Position numbers and translations under genes: made by a program. 64,000 bases of DNA from the human T2T-CHM13v2.0 reference genome, Homo sapiens. Shown here piece after piece: positions 1-13,300 of the stretch. The notes beneath the pieces are model-generated. The model was not told where the DNA came from. It saw only the letters and a list, made by a program, of their open reading frames with translations, and did not search any database. The stretch lies in NCBI RefSeq assembly GCF_009914755.1, contig NC_060946.1; one strand, given 5' to 3'. How positions within the stretch are numbered: position 1 is the first letter of the stretch; every line of letters starts with the position of its first letter.

Positions 1-118
1 ACAAAAAGAGTGTTTCAAACCTACTCTGTGAAAGGGAATATTCAACTCTGTGACTTGAATGCACATATCACAAAGAAGTTTCTGAGAATGCTTCTGTCGA
101 GATTTTATATGAAGATAT

Positions 119-135
119 TCCCGTTTCCAACGAAA
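119..135 (-). other. CENP-B box 1 of the HOR (recurs every ~1,364 bp)
   Basis: + strand TCCCGTTTCCAACGAAA is the reverse complement of TTTCGTTGGAAACGGGA, matching consensus YTTCGTTGGAARCGGGA. Confidence 0.98.
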
Positions 136-460
136 TCCTGAAATCTATCCAAATATCCCCTCGCAGATTCTACAAAAAGAGTGTTTCAAAACTGCTCTGT
201 AAAAAGAAAGGTTCAACTCTGTTAGTTGAGTACACACATGACAAACAAGTTTCACAGAATGCTTCTTTCTAGCTTGTAGGGGAAGATATTCCCTTTATCA
301 CCATGGTCCTCAAACCGTCCGAAACGTCCACTTCCATATACTACAAAAAGAGCGTTTCAAACCTGCTCTAGGAAAGGCAATGTTCAACTCTGTGACTTGA
401 ATGCAGACATCACAGAGCAGTTTCTGAGAATGCTTCTGTCTAGATTTTATAGGAAGATAT

Positions 461-477
461 TCCCGTTTCCAACGAAA
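461..477 (-). other. CENP-B box 2 of the HOR
   Basis: TCCCGTTTCCAACGAAA, 342 bp after box 1. Confidence 0.98.
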
Positions 478-802
478 TCTTCACAGCTATCCAAATATCC
501 ACTTGCAGATTCTACAAAAAGAGTGTATCAAAACTGCTCTGTCAAAAGGAAGGTTCTTCTCTGTTAGGTGAGTGCATACGTCATAAAGGAGTTTCTGAGA
601 ATGTTTCTGTCTAGTGGTTATGGGAAGATATTTGCTTTTTCACCGTAGGCCTCAGAGCGCTCCAAATATCCACTTGCACATACTACAAAAAGAGTGCCTC
701 AAAGCTGCTCTCTGAAACGGAATGTTCAACTCTATGAGTTGAATGCAAACATCACAAAGACGTTTCTGAGAATGCTTCTGTCTAGATTTGATATGAAGAT
801 AT

Positions 803-819
803 TCCCGTTTCCAACGAAA
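803..819 (-). other. CENP-B box 3 of the HOR
   Basis: TCCCGTTTCCAACGAAA, 342 bp after box 2. Confidence 0.98.
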
Positions 820-1140
820 TCTTCAAATCTATCCAAATGTCCACTTGCAGATTCAACAAAAAGTGTTTTTCAGAACTGCTGTATCAAAAGAAAGATCCAC
901 GTCTGTTAGCTGAGTTCACACATCACAAACAAGTTTATGAGAATGCTTCTGTCTAGTTTTTATTTGAAGATATTTCCTTTCTCACCATAGACCTGAAAGC
1001 TGTCCTAATGTTCACTTCCAGATACTACAGAAAGAGTGTTTCAAAACTGCTGTACGAAAGGGAATTTTCAACTCTGTGACTTGAATGCACACATCACAAA
1101 GAAGTTTCTGAGGATGCTGCTGTCTACTTTTTATACGTAA

Positions 1141-1157
1141 TCCCGTTTCCAACGAAA
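1141..1157 (-). other. CENP-B box 4 of the HOR
   Basis: TCCCGTTTCCAACGAAA, 338 bp after box 3. The flank is 4 bp shorter here (TATACGTAATCCC versus TATATGAAGATATTCCC). Confidence 0.98.
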
Positions 1158-1311
1158 TCCTCCAAGCTATCCAAATATCCACTTGCAGATTCCACAGAAA
1201 GACTGTTTCAAAACTGCTCTGTCAATAGAAAGGTTCAACTCTGTTAGCTGCGTGCATATATCCCAAAGAAGATTCTGAGATTGCTTCTGTCTAGTTTTTA
1301 TGGGAAGATAT

Positions 1312-1328
1312 TTCCCTTTTCACCGTAG
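1312..1328 (-). other. pJalpha-type (A-box) motif in the alternate monomers; related copies at 290-306, 632-648 and 974-990
   Basis: - strand CTACGGTGAAAAGGGAA resembles the pJalpha consensus CTAYGGTGRAAAAGGAA. It lies exactly 171 bp from a CENP-B box, at the homologous monomer position. Confidence 0.8.
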
Positions 1329-4300
1329 GCGTCAAGGCGCTCCAAATGTCCACTTCCAGATACTACAAAAAGAGTGTTTCAAACCTACTCTGTGAAAGGG
1401 AATATTCAACTCTGTGACTTGAATGCACATATCACAAAGAAGTTTCTGAGAATGCTTCTGTCGAGATTTTATATGAAGATATTCCCGTTTCCAACGAAAT
1501 CCTGAAATCTATCCAAATATCCCCTCGCAGATTCTACAAAAAGAGTGTTTCAAAACTGCTCTGTAAAAAGAAAGGTTCAACTCTGTTAGTTGAGTACACA
1601 CATCACAAACAAGTTTCACAGAATGCTTCTTTCTAGCTTGTAGGGGAAGATATTCCCTTTATCACCATGGTCCTCAAACCGTCCGAAACGTCCACTTCCA
1701 TATACTACAAAAAGAGCGTTTCAAACCTGCTCTAGGAAAGGCAATGTTCAACTCTGTGACTTGAATGCAGACATCACAGAACAGTTTCTGAGAATGCTTC
1801 TGTCTAGATTTTATAGGAAGATATTCCCGTTTCCAACGAAATCTTCACAGCTATCCAAATATCCACTTGCAGATTCTACAAAAAGAGTGTATCAAAACTG
1901 CTCTGTCAAAAGGAAGGTTCTTCTCTGTTAGGTGAGTGCATACGTCATAAAGGAGTTTCTGAGAATGTTTCTGTCTAGTGGTTATGGGAAGATATTTGCT
2001 TTTTCACCGTAGGCCTCAGAGCGCTCCAAATATCCACTTGCACATACTACAAAAAGAGTGCCTCAAAGCTGCTCTCTGAAACGGAATGTTCAACTCTATG
2101 AGTTGAATGCAAACATCACAAAGACGTTTCTGAGAATGCTTCTGTCTAGATTTGATATGAAGATATTCCCGTTTCCAACGAAATCTTCAAATCTATCCAA
2201 ATGTCCACTTGCAGATTCAACAAAAAGTGTTTTTCAGAACTGCTCTATCAAAAGAAAGATCCACCTCTGTTAGCTGAGTTCACACATCACAAACAAGTTT
2301 ATGAGAATGCTTCTGTCTAGTTTTTATTTGAAGATATTTCCTTTCTCACCATAGACCTGAAAGCTGTCCTAATGTTCACTTCCAGATACTACAGAAAGAG
2401 TGTTTCAAAACTGCTGTACGAAAGGGAATGTTCAACTCTGTGACTTGAATGCACACATCACAAAGAAGTTTCTGAGGATGCTGCTGTCTACTTTTTATAC
2501 GTAATCCCGTTTCCAACGAAATCCTCCAAGCTATCCAAATATCCACTTGCAGATTCCACAGAAAGACTGTTTCAAAACTGCTCTGTCAATAGAAAGGTTC
2601 AACTCTGTTAGCTGCGTGCATATATCCCAAAGAAGATTCTGAGATTCCTTCTGTCTAGTTTTTATGGGAAGATATTTCCCTTTTCACCGTAGGCGTCAAG
2701 GCGCTCCAAATGTCCACTTCCAGATACTACAAAAAGAGTGTTTCAAACCTACTCTGTGAAAGGGAATATTCAACTCTGTGACTTGAATGCACATATCACA
2801 AAGAAGTTTCTGAGAATGCTTCTGTCGAGATTTTATATGAAGATATTCCCGTTTCCAACGAAATCCTGAAATCTATCCAAATATCCCCTCGCAGATTCTA
2901 CAAAAAGAGTGTTTCAAAACTGCTCTGTAAAAAGAAAGGTTCAACTCTGTTAGTTGAGTACACACATGACAACCAAGTTTCACAGAATGCTTCTTTCTAG
3001 CTTGTAGGGGAAGATATTCCCTTTATCACCATGGTCCTCAAACCGTCCGAAACGTCCACTTCCATATACTACAAAAAGAGCGTTTCAAACCTGCTCTAGG
3101 AAAGGCAATGTTCAACTCTGTGACTTGAATGCAGACATCACAGAGCAGTTTCTGAGAATGCTTCTGTCTAGATTTTATAGGAAGATATTCCCGTTTCCAA
3201 CGAAATCTTCACAGCTATCCAAATATCCACTTGCAGATTCTACAAAAAGAGTGTATCAAAACTGCTCTGTCAAAAGGAAGGTTCTTCTCTGTTAGGTGAG
3301 TGCATACGTCATAAAGGAGTTTCTGAGAATGTTTCTGTCTAGTGGTTATGGGAAGATATTTGCTTTTTCACCGTAGGCCTCAGAGCGCTCCAAATATCCA
3401 CTTGCACATACTACAAAAAGAGTGCCTCAAAGCTGCTCTCTGAAACGGAATGTTCAACTCTATGAGTTGAATGCAAACATCACAAAGACGTTTCTGAGAA
3501 TGCTTCTGTCTAGATTTGATATGAAGATATTCCCGTTTCCAACGAAATCTTCAAATCTATCCAAATGTCCACTTGCAGATTCAACAAAAAGTGTTTTTCA
3601 GAACTGCTGTATCAAAAGAAAGATCCACGTCTGTTAGCTGAGTTCACACATCACAAACAAGTTTATGAGAATGCTTCTGTCTAGTTTTTATTTGAAGATA
3701 TTTCCTTTCTCACCATAGACCTGAAAGCTGTCCTAATGTTCACTTCCAGATACTACAGAAAGAGTGTTTCAAAACTGCTGTACGAAAGGGAATTTTCAAC
3801 TCTGTGACTTGAATGCACACATCACAAAGAAGTTTCTGAGGATGCTGCTGTCTACTTTTTATACGTAATCCCGTTTCCAACGAAATCCTCCAAGCTATCC
3901 AAATATCCACTTGCAGATTCCACAGAAAGACTGTTTCAAAACTGCTCTGTCAATAGAAAGGTTCAACTCTGTTAGCTGCGTGCATATATCCCAAAGAAGA
4001 TTCTGAGATTGCTTCTGTCTAGTTTTTATGGGAAGATATTTCCCTTTTCACCGTAGGCGTGAAGGCGCTCCAAATGTCCACTTCCAGATACTACAAAAAG
4101 AGTGTTTCAAACCTACTCTGTGAAAGGGAATATTCAACTCTGTGACTTGAATGCACATATCACAAAGAAGTTTCTGAGAATGCTTCTGTCGAGATTTTAT
4201 ATGAAGATATTCCCGTTTCCAACGAAATCCTGAAATCTATCCAAATATCCCCTCGCAGATTCTACAAAAAGAGTGTTTCAAAACTGCTCTGTAAAAAGAA

Positions 4301-7300
4301 AGGTTCAACTCTGTTAGTTGAGTACACACATCACAAACAAGTTTCACAGAATGCTTCTTTCTAGCTTGTAGGGGAAGATATTCCCTTTATCACCATGGTC
4401 CTCAAACCGTCCGAAACGTCCACTTCCATATACTACAAAAAGAGCGTTTCAAACCTGCTCTAGGAAAGGCAATGTTCAACTCTGTGACTTGAATGCAGAC
4501 ATCACAGAACAGTTTCTGAGAATGCTTCTGTCTAGATTTTATAGGAAGATATTCCCGTTTCCAACGAAATCTTCACAGCTATCCAAATATCCACTTGCAG
4601 ATTCTACAAAAAGAGTGTATCAAAACTGCTCTGTCAAAAGGAAGGTTCTTCTCTGTTAGGTGAGTGCATACGTCATAAAGGAGTTTCTGAGAATGTTTCT
4701 GTCTAGTGGTTATGGGAAGATATTTGCTTTTTCACCGTAGGCCTCAGAGCGCTCCAAATATCCACTTGCACATACTACAAAAAGAGTGCCTCAAAGCTGC
4801 TCTCTGAAACGGAATGTTCAACTCTATGAGTTGAATGCAAACATCACAAAGACGTTTCTGAGAATGCTTCTGTCTAGATTTGATATGAAGATATTCCCGT
4901 TTCCAACGAAATCTTCAAATCTATCCAAATGTCCACTTGCAGATTCAACAAAAAGTGTTTTTCAGAACTGCTCTATCAAAAGAAAGATCCACCTCTGTTA
5001 GCTGAGTTCACACATCACAAACAAGTTTATGAGAATGCTTCTGTCTAGTTTTTATTTGAAGATATTTCCTTTCTCACCATAGACCTGAAAGCTGTCCTAA
5101 TGTTCACTTCCAGATACTACAGAAAGAGTGTTTCAAAACTGCTGTACGAAAGGGAATGTTCAACTCTGTGACTTGAATGCACACATCACAAAGAAGTTTC
5201 TGAGGATGCTGCTGTCTACTTTTTATACGTAATCCCGTTTCCAACGAAATCCTCCAAGCTATCCAAATATCCACTTGCAGATTCCACAGAAAGACTGTTT
5301 CAAAACTGCTCTGTCAATAGAAAGGTTCAACTCTGTTAGCTGCGTGCATATATCCCAAAGAAGATTCTGAGATTCCTTCTGTCTAGTTTTTATGGGAAGA
5401 TATTTCCCTTTTCACCGTAGGCGTCAAGGCGCTCCAAATGTCCACTTCCAGATACTACAAAAAGAGTGTTTCAAACCTACTCTGTGAAAGGGAATATTCA
5501 ACTCTGTGACTTGAATGCACATATCACAAAGAAGTTTCTGAGAATGCTTCTGTCGAGATTTTATATGAAGATATTCCCGTTTCCAACGAAATCCTGAAAT
5601 CTATCCAAATATCCCCTCGCAGATTCTACAAAAAGAGTGTTTCAAAACTGCTCTGTAAAAAGAAAGGTTCAACTCTGTTAGTTGAGTACACACATGACAA
5701 ACAAGTTTCACAGAATGCTTCTTTCTAGCTTGTAGGGGAAGATATTCCCTTTATCACCATGGTCCTCAAACCGTCCGAAACGTCCACTTCCATATACTAC
5801 AAAAAGAGCGTTTCAAACCTGCTCTAGGAAAGGCAATGTTCAACTCTGTGACTTGAATGCAGACATCACAGAGCAGTTTCTGAGAATGCTTCTGTCTAGA
5901 TTTTATAGGAAGATATTCCCGTTTCCAACGAAATCTTCACAGCTATCCAAATATCCACTTGCAGATTCTACAAAAAGAGTGTATCAAAACTGCTCTGTCA
6001 AAAGGAAGGTTCTTCTCTGTTAGGTGAGTGCATACGTCATAAAGGAGTTTCTGAGAATGTTTCTGTCTAGTGGTTATGGGAAGATATTTGCTTTTTCACC
6101 GTAGGCCTCAGAGCGCTCCAAATATCCACTTGCACATACTACAAAAAGAGTGCCTCAAAGCTGCTCTCTGAAACGGAATGTTCAACTCTATGAGTTGAAT
6201 GCAAACATCACAAAGACGTTTCTGAGAATGCTTCTGTCTAGATTTGATATGAAGATATTCCCGTTTCCAACGAAATCTTCAAATCTATCCAAATGTCCAC
6301 TTGCAGATTCAACAAAAAGTGTTTTTCAGAACTGCTCTATCAAAAGAAAGATCCACCTCTGTTAGCTGAGTTCACACATCACAAACAAGTTTATGAGAAT
6401 GCTTCTGTCTAGTTTTTATTTGAAGATATTTCCTTTCTCACCATAGACCTGAAAGCTGTCCTAATGTTCACTTCCAGATACTACAGAAAGAGTGTTTCAA
6501 AACTGCTGTACGAAAGGGAATGTTCAACTCTGTGACTTGAATGCACACATCACAAAGAAGTTTCTGAGGATGCTGCTGTCTACTTTTTATACGTAATCCC
6601 GTTTCCAACGAAATCCTCCAAGCTATCCAAATATCCACTTGCAGATTCCACAGAAAGACTGTTTCAAAACTGCTCTGTCAATAGAAAGGTTCAACTCTGT
6701 TAGCTGCGTGCATATATCCCAAAGAAGATTCTGAGATTCCTTCTGTCTAGTTTTTATGGGAAGATATTTCCCTTTTCACCGTAGGCGTCAAGGCGCTCCA
6801 AATGTCCACTTCCAGATACTACAAAAAGAGTGTTTCAAACCTACTCTGTGAAAGGGAATATTCAACTCTGTGACTTGAATGCACATATCACAAAGAAGTT
6901 TCTGAGAATGCTTCTGTCGAGATTTTATATGAAGATATTCCCGTTTCCAACGAAATCCTGAAATCTATCCAAATATCCCCTCGCAGATTCTACAAAAAGA
7001 GTGTTTCAAAACTGCTCTGTAAAAAGAAAGGTTCAACTCTGTTAGTTGAGTACACACATGACAAACAAGTTTCACAGAATGCTTCTTTCTAGCTTGTAGG
7101 GGAAGATATTCCCTTTATCACCATGGTCCTCAAACCGTCCGAAACGTCCACTTCCATATACTACAAAAAGAGCGTTTCAAACCTGCTCTAGGAAAGGCAA
7201 TGTTCAACTCTGTGACTTGAATGCAGACATCACAGAGCAGTTTCTGAGAATGCTTCTGTCTAGATTTTATAGGAAGATATTCCCGTTTCCAACGAAATCT

Positions 7301-10300
7301 TCACAGCTATCCAAATATCCACTTGCAGATTCTACAAAAAGAGTGTATCAAAACTGCTCTGTCAAAAGGAAGGTTCTTCTCTGTTAGGTGAGTGCATACG
7401 TCATAAAGGAGTTTCTGAGAATGTTTCTGTCTAGTGGTTATGGGAAGATATTTGCTTTTTCACCGTAGGCCTCAGAGCGCTCCAAATATCCACTTGCACA
7501 TACTACAAAAAGAGTGCCTCAAAGCTGCTCTCTGAAACGGAATGTTCAACTCTATGAGTTGAATGCAAACATCACAAAGACGTTTCTGAGAATGCTTCTG
7601 TCTAGATTTGATATGAAGATATTCCCGTTTCCAACGAAATCTTCAAATCTATCCAAATGTCCACTTGCAGATTCAACAAAAAGTGTTTTTCAGAACTGCT
7701 GTATCAAAAGAAAGATCCACGTCTGTTAGCTGAGTTCACACATCACAAACAAGTTTATGAGAATGCTTCTGTCTAGTTTTTATTTGAAGATATTTCCTTT
7801 CTCACCATAGACCTGAAAGCTGTCCTAATGTTCACTTCCAGATACTACAGAAAGAGTGTTTCAAAACTGCTGTACGAAAGGGAATTTTCAACTCTGTGAC
7901 TTGAATGCACACATCACAAAGAAGTTTCTGAGGATGCTGCTGTCTACTTTTTATACGTAATCCCGTTTCCAACGAAATCCTCCAAGCTATCCAAATATCC
8001 ACTTGCAGATTCCACAGAAAGACTGTTTCAAAACTGCTCTGTCAATAGAAAGGTTCAACTCTGTTAGCTGCGTGCATATATCCCAAAGAAGATTCTGAGA
8101 TTGCTTCTGTCTAGTTTTTATGGGAAGATATTTCCCTTTTCACCGTAGGCGTCAAGGCGCTCCAAATGTCCACTTCCAGATACTACAAAAAGAGTGTTTC
8201 AAACCTACTCTGTGAAAGGGAATATTCAACTCTGTGACTTGAATGCACATATCACAAAGAAGTTTCTGAGAATGCTTCTGTCGAGATTTTATATGAAGAT
8301 ATTCCCGTTTCCAACGAAATCCTGAAATCTATCCAAATATCCCCTCGCAGATTCTACAAAAAGAGTGTTTCAAAACTGCTCTGTAAAAAGAAAGGTTCAA
8401 CTCTGTTAGTTGAGTACACACATCACAAACAAGTTTCACAGAATGCTTCTTTCTAGCTTGTAGGGGAAGATATTCCCTTTATCACCATGGTCCTCAAACC
8501 GTCCGAAACGTCCACTTCCATATACTACAAAAAGAGCGTTTCAAACCTGCTCTAGGAAAGGCAATGTTCAACTCTGTGACTTGAATGCAGACATCACAGA
8601 ACAGTTTCTGAGAATGCTTCTGTCTAGATTTTATAGGAAGATATTCCCGTTTCCAACGAAATCTTCACAGCTATCCAAATATCCACTTGCAGATTCTACA
8701 AAAAGAGTGTATCAAAACTGCTCTGTCAAAAGGAAGGTTCTTCTCTGTTAGGTGAGTGCATACGTCATAAAGGAGTTTCTGAGAATGTTTCTGTCTAGTG
8801 GTTATGGGAAGATATTTGCTTTTTCACCGTAGGCCTCAGAGCGCTCCAAATATCCACTTGCACATACTACAAAAAGAGTGCCTCAAAGCTGCTCTCTGAA
8901 ACGGAATGTTCAACTCTATGAGTTGAATGCAAACATCACAAAGACGTTTCTGAGAATGCTTCTGTCTAGATTTGATATGAAGATATTCCCGTTTCCAACG
9001 AAATCTTCAAATCTATCCAAATGTCCACTTGCAGATTCAACAAAAAGTGTTTTTCAGAACTGCTCTATCAAAAGAAAGATCCACCTCTGTTAGCTGAGTT
9101 CACACATCACAAACAAGTTTATGAGAATGCTTCTGTCTAGTTTTTATTTGAAGATATTTCCTTTCTCACCATAGACCTGAAAGCTGTCCTAATGTTCACT
9201 TCCAGATACTACAGAAAGAGTGTTTCAAAACTGCTGTACGAAAGGGAATGTTCAACTCTGTGACTTGAATGCACACATCACAAAGAAGTTTCTGAGGATG
9301 CTGCTGTCTACTTTTTATACGTAATCCCGTTTCCAACGAAATCCTCCAAGCTATCCAAATATCCACTTGCAGATTCCACAGAAAGACTGTTTCAAAACTG
9401 CTCTGTCAATAGAAAGGTTCAACTCTGTTAGCTGCGTGCATATATCCCAAAGAAGATTCTGAGATTCCTTCTGTCTAGTTTTTATGGGAAGATATTTCCC
9501 TTTTCACCGTAGGCGTCAAGGCGCTCCAAATGTCCACTTCCAGATACTACAAAAAGAGTGTTTCAAACCTACTCTGTGAAAGGGAATATTCAACTCTGTG
9601 ACTTGAATGCACATATCACAAAGAAGTTTCTGAGAATGCTTCTGTCGAGATTTTATATGAAGATATTCCCGTTTCCAACGAAATCCTGAAATCTATCCAA
9701 ATATCCCCTCGCAGATTCTACAAAAAGAGTGTTTCAAAACTGCTCTGTAAAAAGAAAGGTTCAACTCTGTTAGTTGAGTACACACATGACAAACAAGTTT
9801 CACAGAATGCTTCTTTCTAGCTTGTAGGGGAAGATATTCCCTTTATCACCATGGTCCTCAAACCGTCCGAAACGTCCACTTCCATATACTACAAAAAGAG
9901 CGTTTCAAACCTGCTCTAGGAAAGGCAATGTTCAACTCTGTGACTTGAATGCAGACATCACAGAGCAGTTTCTGAGAATGCTTCTGTCTAGATTTTATAG
10001 GAAGATATTCCCGTTTCCAACGAAATCTTCACAGCTATCCAAATATCCACTTGCAGATTCTACAAAAAGAGTGTATCAAAACTGCTCTGTCAAAAGGAAG
10101 GTTCTTCTCTGTTAGGTGAGTGCATACGTCATAAAGGAGTTTCTGAGAATGTTTCTGTCTAGTGGTTATGGGAAGATATTTGCTTTTTCACCGTAGGCCT
10201 CAGAGCGCTCCAAATATCCACTTGCACATACTACAAAAAGAGTGCCTCAAAGCTGCTCTCTGAAACGGAATGTTCAACTCTATGAGTTGAATGCAAACAT

Positions 10301-13300
10301 CACAAAGACGTTTCTGAGAATGCTTCTGTCTAGATTTGATATGAAGATATTCCCGTTTCCAACGAAATCTTCAAATCTATCCAAATGTCCACTTGCAGAT
10401 TCAACAAAAAGTGTTTTTCAGAACTGCTGTATCAAAAGAAAGATCCACGTCTGTTAGCTGAGTTCACACATCACAAACAAGTTTATGAGAATGCTTCTGT
10501 CTAGTTTTTATTTGAAGATATTTCCTTTCTCACCATAGACCTGAAAGCTGTCCTAATGTTCACTTCCAGATACTACAGAAAGAGTGTTTCAAAACTGCTG
10601 TACGAAAGGGAATTTTCAACTCTGTGACTTGAATGCACACATCACAAAGAAGTTTCTGAGGATGCTGCTGTCTACTTTTTATACGTAATCCCGTTTCCAA
10701 CGAAATCCTCCAAGCTATCCAAATATCCACTTGCAGATTCCACAGAAAGACTGTTTCAAAACTGCTCTGTCAATAGAAAGGTTCAACTCTGTTAGCTGCG
10801 TGCATATATCCCAAAGAAGATTCTGAGATTGCTTCTGTCTAGTTTTTATGGGAAGATATTTCCCTTTTCACCGTAGGCGTCAAGGCGCTCCAAATGTCCA
10901 CTTCCAGATACTACAAAAAGAGTGTTTCAAACCTACTCTGTGAAAGGGAATATTCAACTCTGTGACTTGAATGCACATATCACAAAGAAGTTTCTGAGAA
11001 TGCTTCTGTCGAGATTTTATATGAAGATATTCCCGTTTCCAACGAAATCCTGAAATCTATCCAAATATCCCCTCGCAGATTCTACAAAAAGAGTGTTTCA
11101 AAACTGCTCTGTAAAAAGAAAGGTTCAACTCTGTTAGTTGAGTACACACATCACAAACAAGTTTCACAGAATGCTTCTTTCTAGCTTGTAGGGGAAGATA
11201 TTCCCTTTATCACCATGGTCCTCAAACCGTCCGAAACGTCCACTTCCATATACTACAAAAAGAGCGTTTCAAACCTGCTCTAGGAAAGGCAATGTTCAAC
11301 TCTGTGACTTGAATGCAGACATCACAGAACAGTTTCTGAGAATGCTTCTGTCTAGATTTTATAGGAAGATATTCCCGTTTCCAACGAAATCTTCACAGCT
11401 ATCCAAATATCCACTTGCAGATTCTACAAAAAGAGTGTATCAAAACTGCTCTGTCAAAAGGAAGGTTCTTCTCTGTTAGGTGAGTGCATACGTCATAAAG
11501 GAGTTTCTGAGAATGTTTCTGTCTAGTGGTTATGGGAAGATATTTGCTTTTTCACCGTAGGCCTCAGAGCGCTCCAAATATCCACTTGCACATACTACAA
11601 AAAGAGTGCCTCAAAGCTGCTCTCTGAAACGGAATGTTCAACTCTATGAGTTGAATGCAAACATCACAAAGACGTTTCTGAGAATGCTTCTGTCTAGATT
11701 TGATATGAAGATATTCCCGTTTCCAACGAAATCTTCAAATCTATCCAAATGTCCACTTGCAGATTCAACAAAAAGTGTTTTTCAGAACTGCTCTATCAAA
11801 AGAAAGATCCACCTCTGTTAGCTGAGTTCACACATCACAAACAAGTTTATGAGAATGCTTCTGTCTAGTTTTTATTTGAAGATATTTCCTTTCTCACCAT
11901 AGACCTGAAAGCTGTCCTAATGTTCACTTCCAGATACTACAGAAAGAGTGTTTCAAAACTACTGTATGAAAGGGAATGTTCAACTCTGTGACTTGAATGC
12001 ACACATCACAAAGAAGTTTCTGAGGATGCTGCTGTCTACTTTTTATATGTAATCCCGTTTCCAACGAAATCCTCCAAGCTATCCAAATATCCACTTGCAG
12101 ATTCCACAGAAAGACTGTTTCAAAACTGCTCTGTCAATAGAAAGGTTCAACTCTGTTAGCTGCGTGCATATATCCCAAAGAAGATTCTGAGATTGCTTCT
12201 GTCTAGTTTTTATGGGAAGATATTTCCCTTTTCACCGTAGGCGTCAAGGCGCTCCAAATGTCCACTTCCAGATACTACAAAAAGAGTGTTTCAAACCTAC
12301 TCTGTGAAAGGGAATATTCAACTCTGTGACTTGAATGCACATATCACAAAGAAGTTTCTGATAATGCTTCTGTCGAGATTTTATATGAAGATATTCCCGT
12401 TTCCAACGAAATCCTGAAATCTATCCAAATATCCCCTCGCAGATTCTACAAAAAGAGTGTTTCAAAACTGCTCTGTAAAAAGAAAGGTTCAACTCTGTTA
12501 GTTGAGTACACACATCACAAACAAGTTTCACAGAATGCTTCTTTCTAGCTTGTAGGGGAAGATATTCCCTTTATCACCATGGGCCTCCAACCGTCCGAAA
12601 CATCCACTTCCATATACTACAAAAAGAGCGTTTCAAACCTGCTCTATGAAAGGCAATGTTCAACTCTGTGACTTGAAAGCAGACATCACAGAGCAGTTTC
12701 TGAGAATGCTTCTGTCTAGATTTTATAGGAAGATATTCCCGTTTCCAACGAAATCTTCACATCTATCCAAATATCCACTTGAAGATTCTTCAAAAAGAGT
12801 GTATCAAAACTGCTCTGTCAAAAGGAAGGTTCTTCTCTGTTAGTTGAGTACATACGTCATAGAGGAGTTTCTGAGAATGTTTCTGTCTAGTGGTTATGGG
12901 AAGATATTTGCTTTTTCACCTTAGGCCTCAGAGCGATCCAAATATCCACTTGCACATACTACAAAAAGAGTGCTTCAAAGCTGCTCTCTGAAACGGAATG
13001 TTCAACTCTATGAGTTGAATGCAAACATCACAAAGACGTTTCTGAGAATGCTTCTGTCTAGATTTGATATGAAGATATTCCCGTTTCCAACGAAATCTTC
13101 AAATCTATCCAAATGTCCACTTGCAGATTCAACAAAAAGTGTTTTTCAGAACTGCTCTATCAAAAGAAATATCCACCTCTGTTAGCTGAGTTCACACATC
13201 ACAAACAAGTTTATGAGAATGCTTCTGTCTAGGTTTTATTTGAAGATATTTCCTTTCTCACCATAGACCTGAAAGCTGTCCTAGTGTTCACTTCCAGATA

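Larger units (their letters stand above)
1..1364 (-). repeat. Representative HOR unit; probable SF2 8-mer of the chr14/chr22 type (D14Z9/D22Z1, S2C14/22H1L)
   Basis: Four dimers with CENP-B box spacings 342+342+338+342 = 1,364 bp. XbaI sites lie at 439-444 and 781-786 and a TaqI site at 97-100. The family assignment rests on recalled unit size and monomer sequence, not a database search; chr14 and chr22 cannot be told apart here. Confidence 0.75.
1..11960. repeat. Homogeneous HOR-haplotype block with a 2,728-bp (2-HOR) super-period
   Basis: All nine units share GTGCCTCAAAG, ATGGTCCTC and CTAGGAAAGG. Two sub-types alternate, visible in the ORF track as NCCIKRKIHVC versus NCSIKRKIHLC. Confidence 0.9.

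Noticed and set aside
1-11960. Calling the homogeneous, box-intact block the kinetochore (CENP-A) site
   Set aside because: Kinetochore position is epigenetic and cannot be read from sequence; it needs CENP-A and methylation data.
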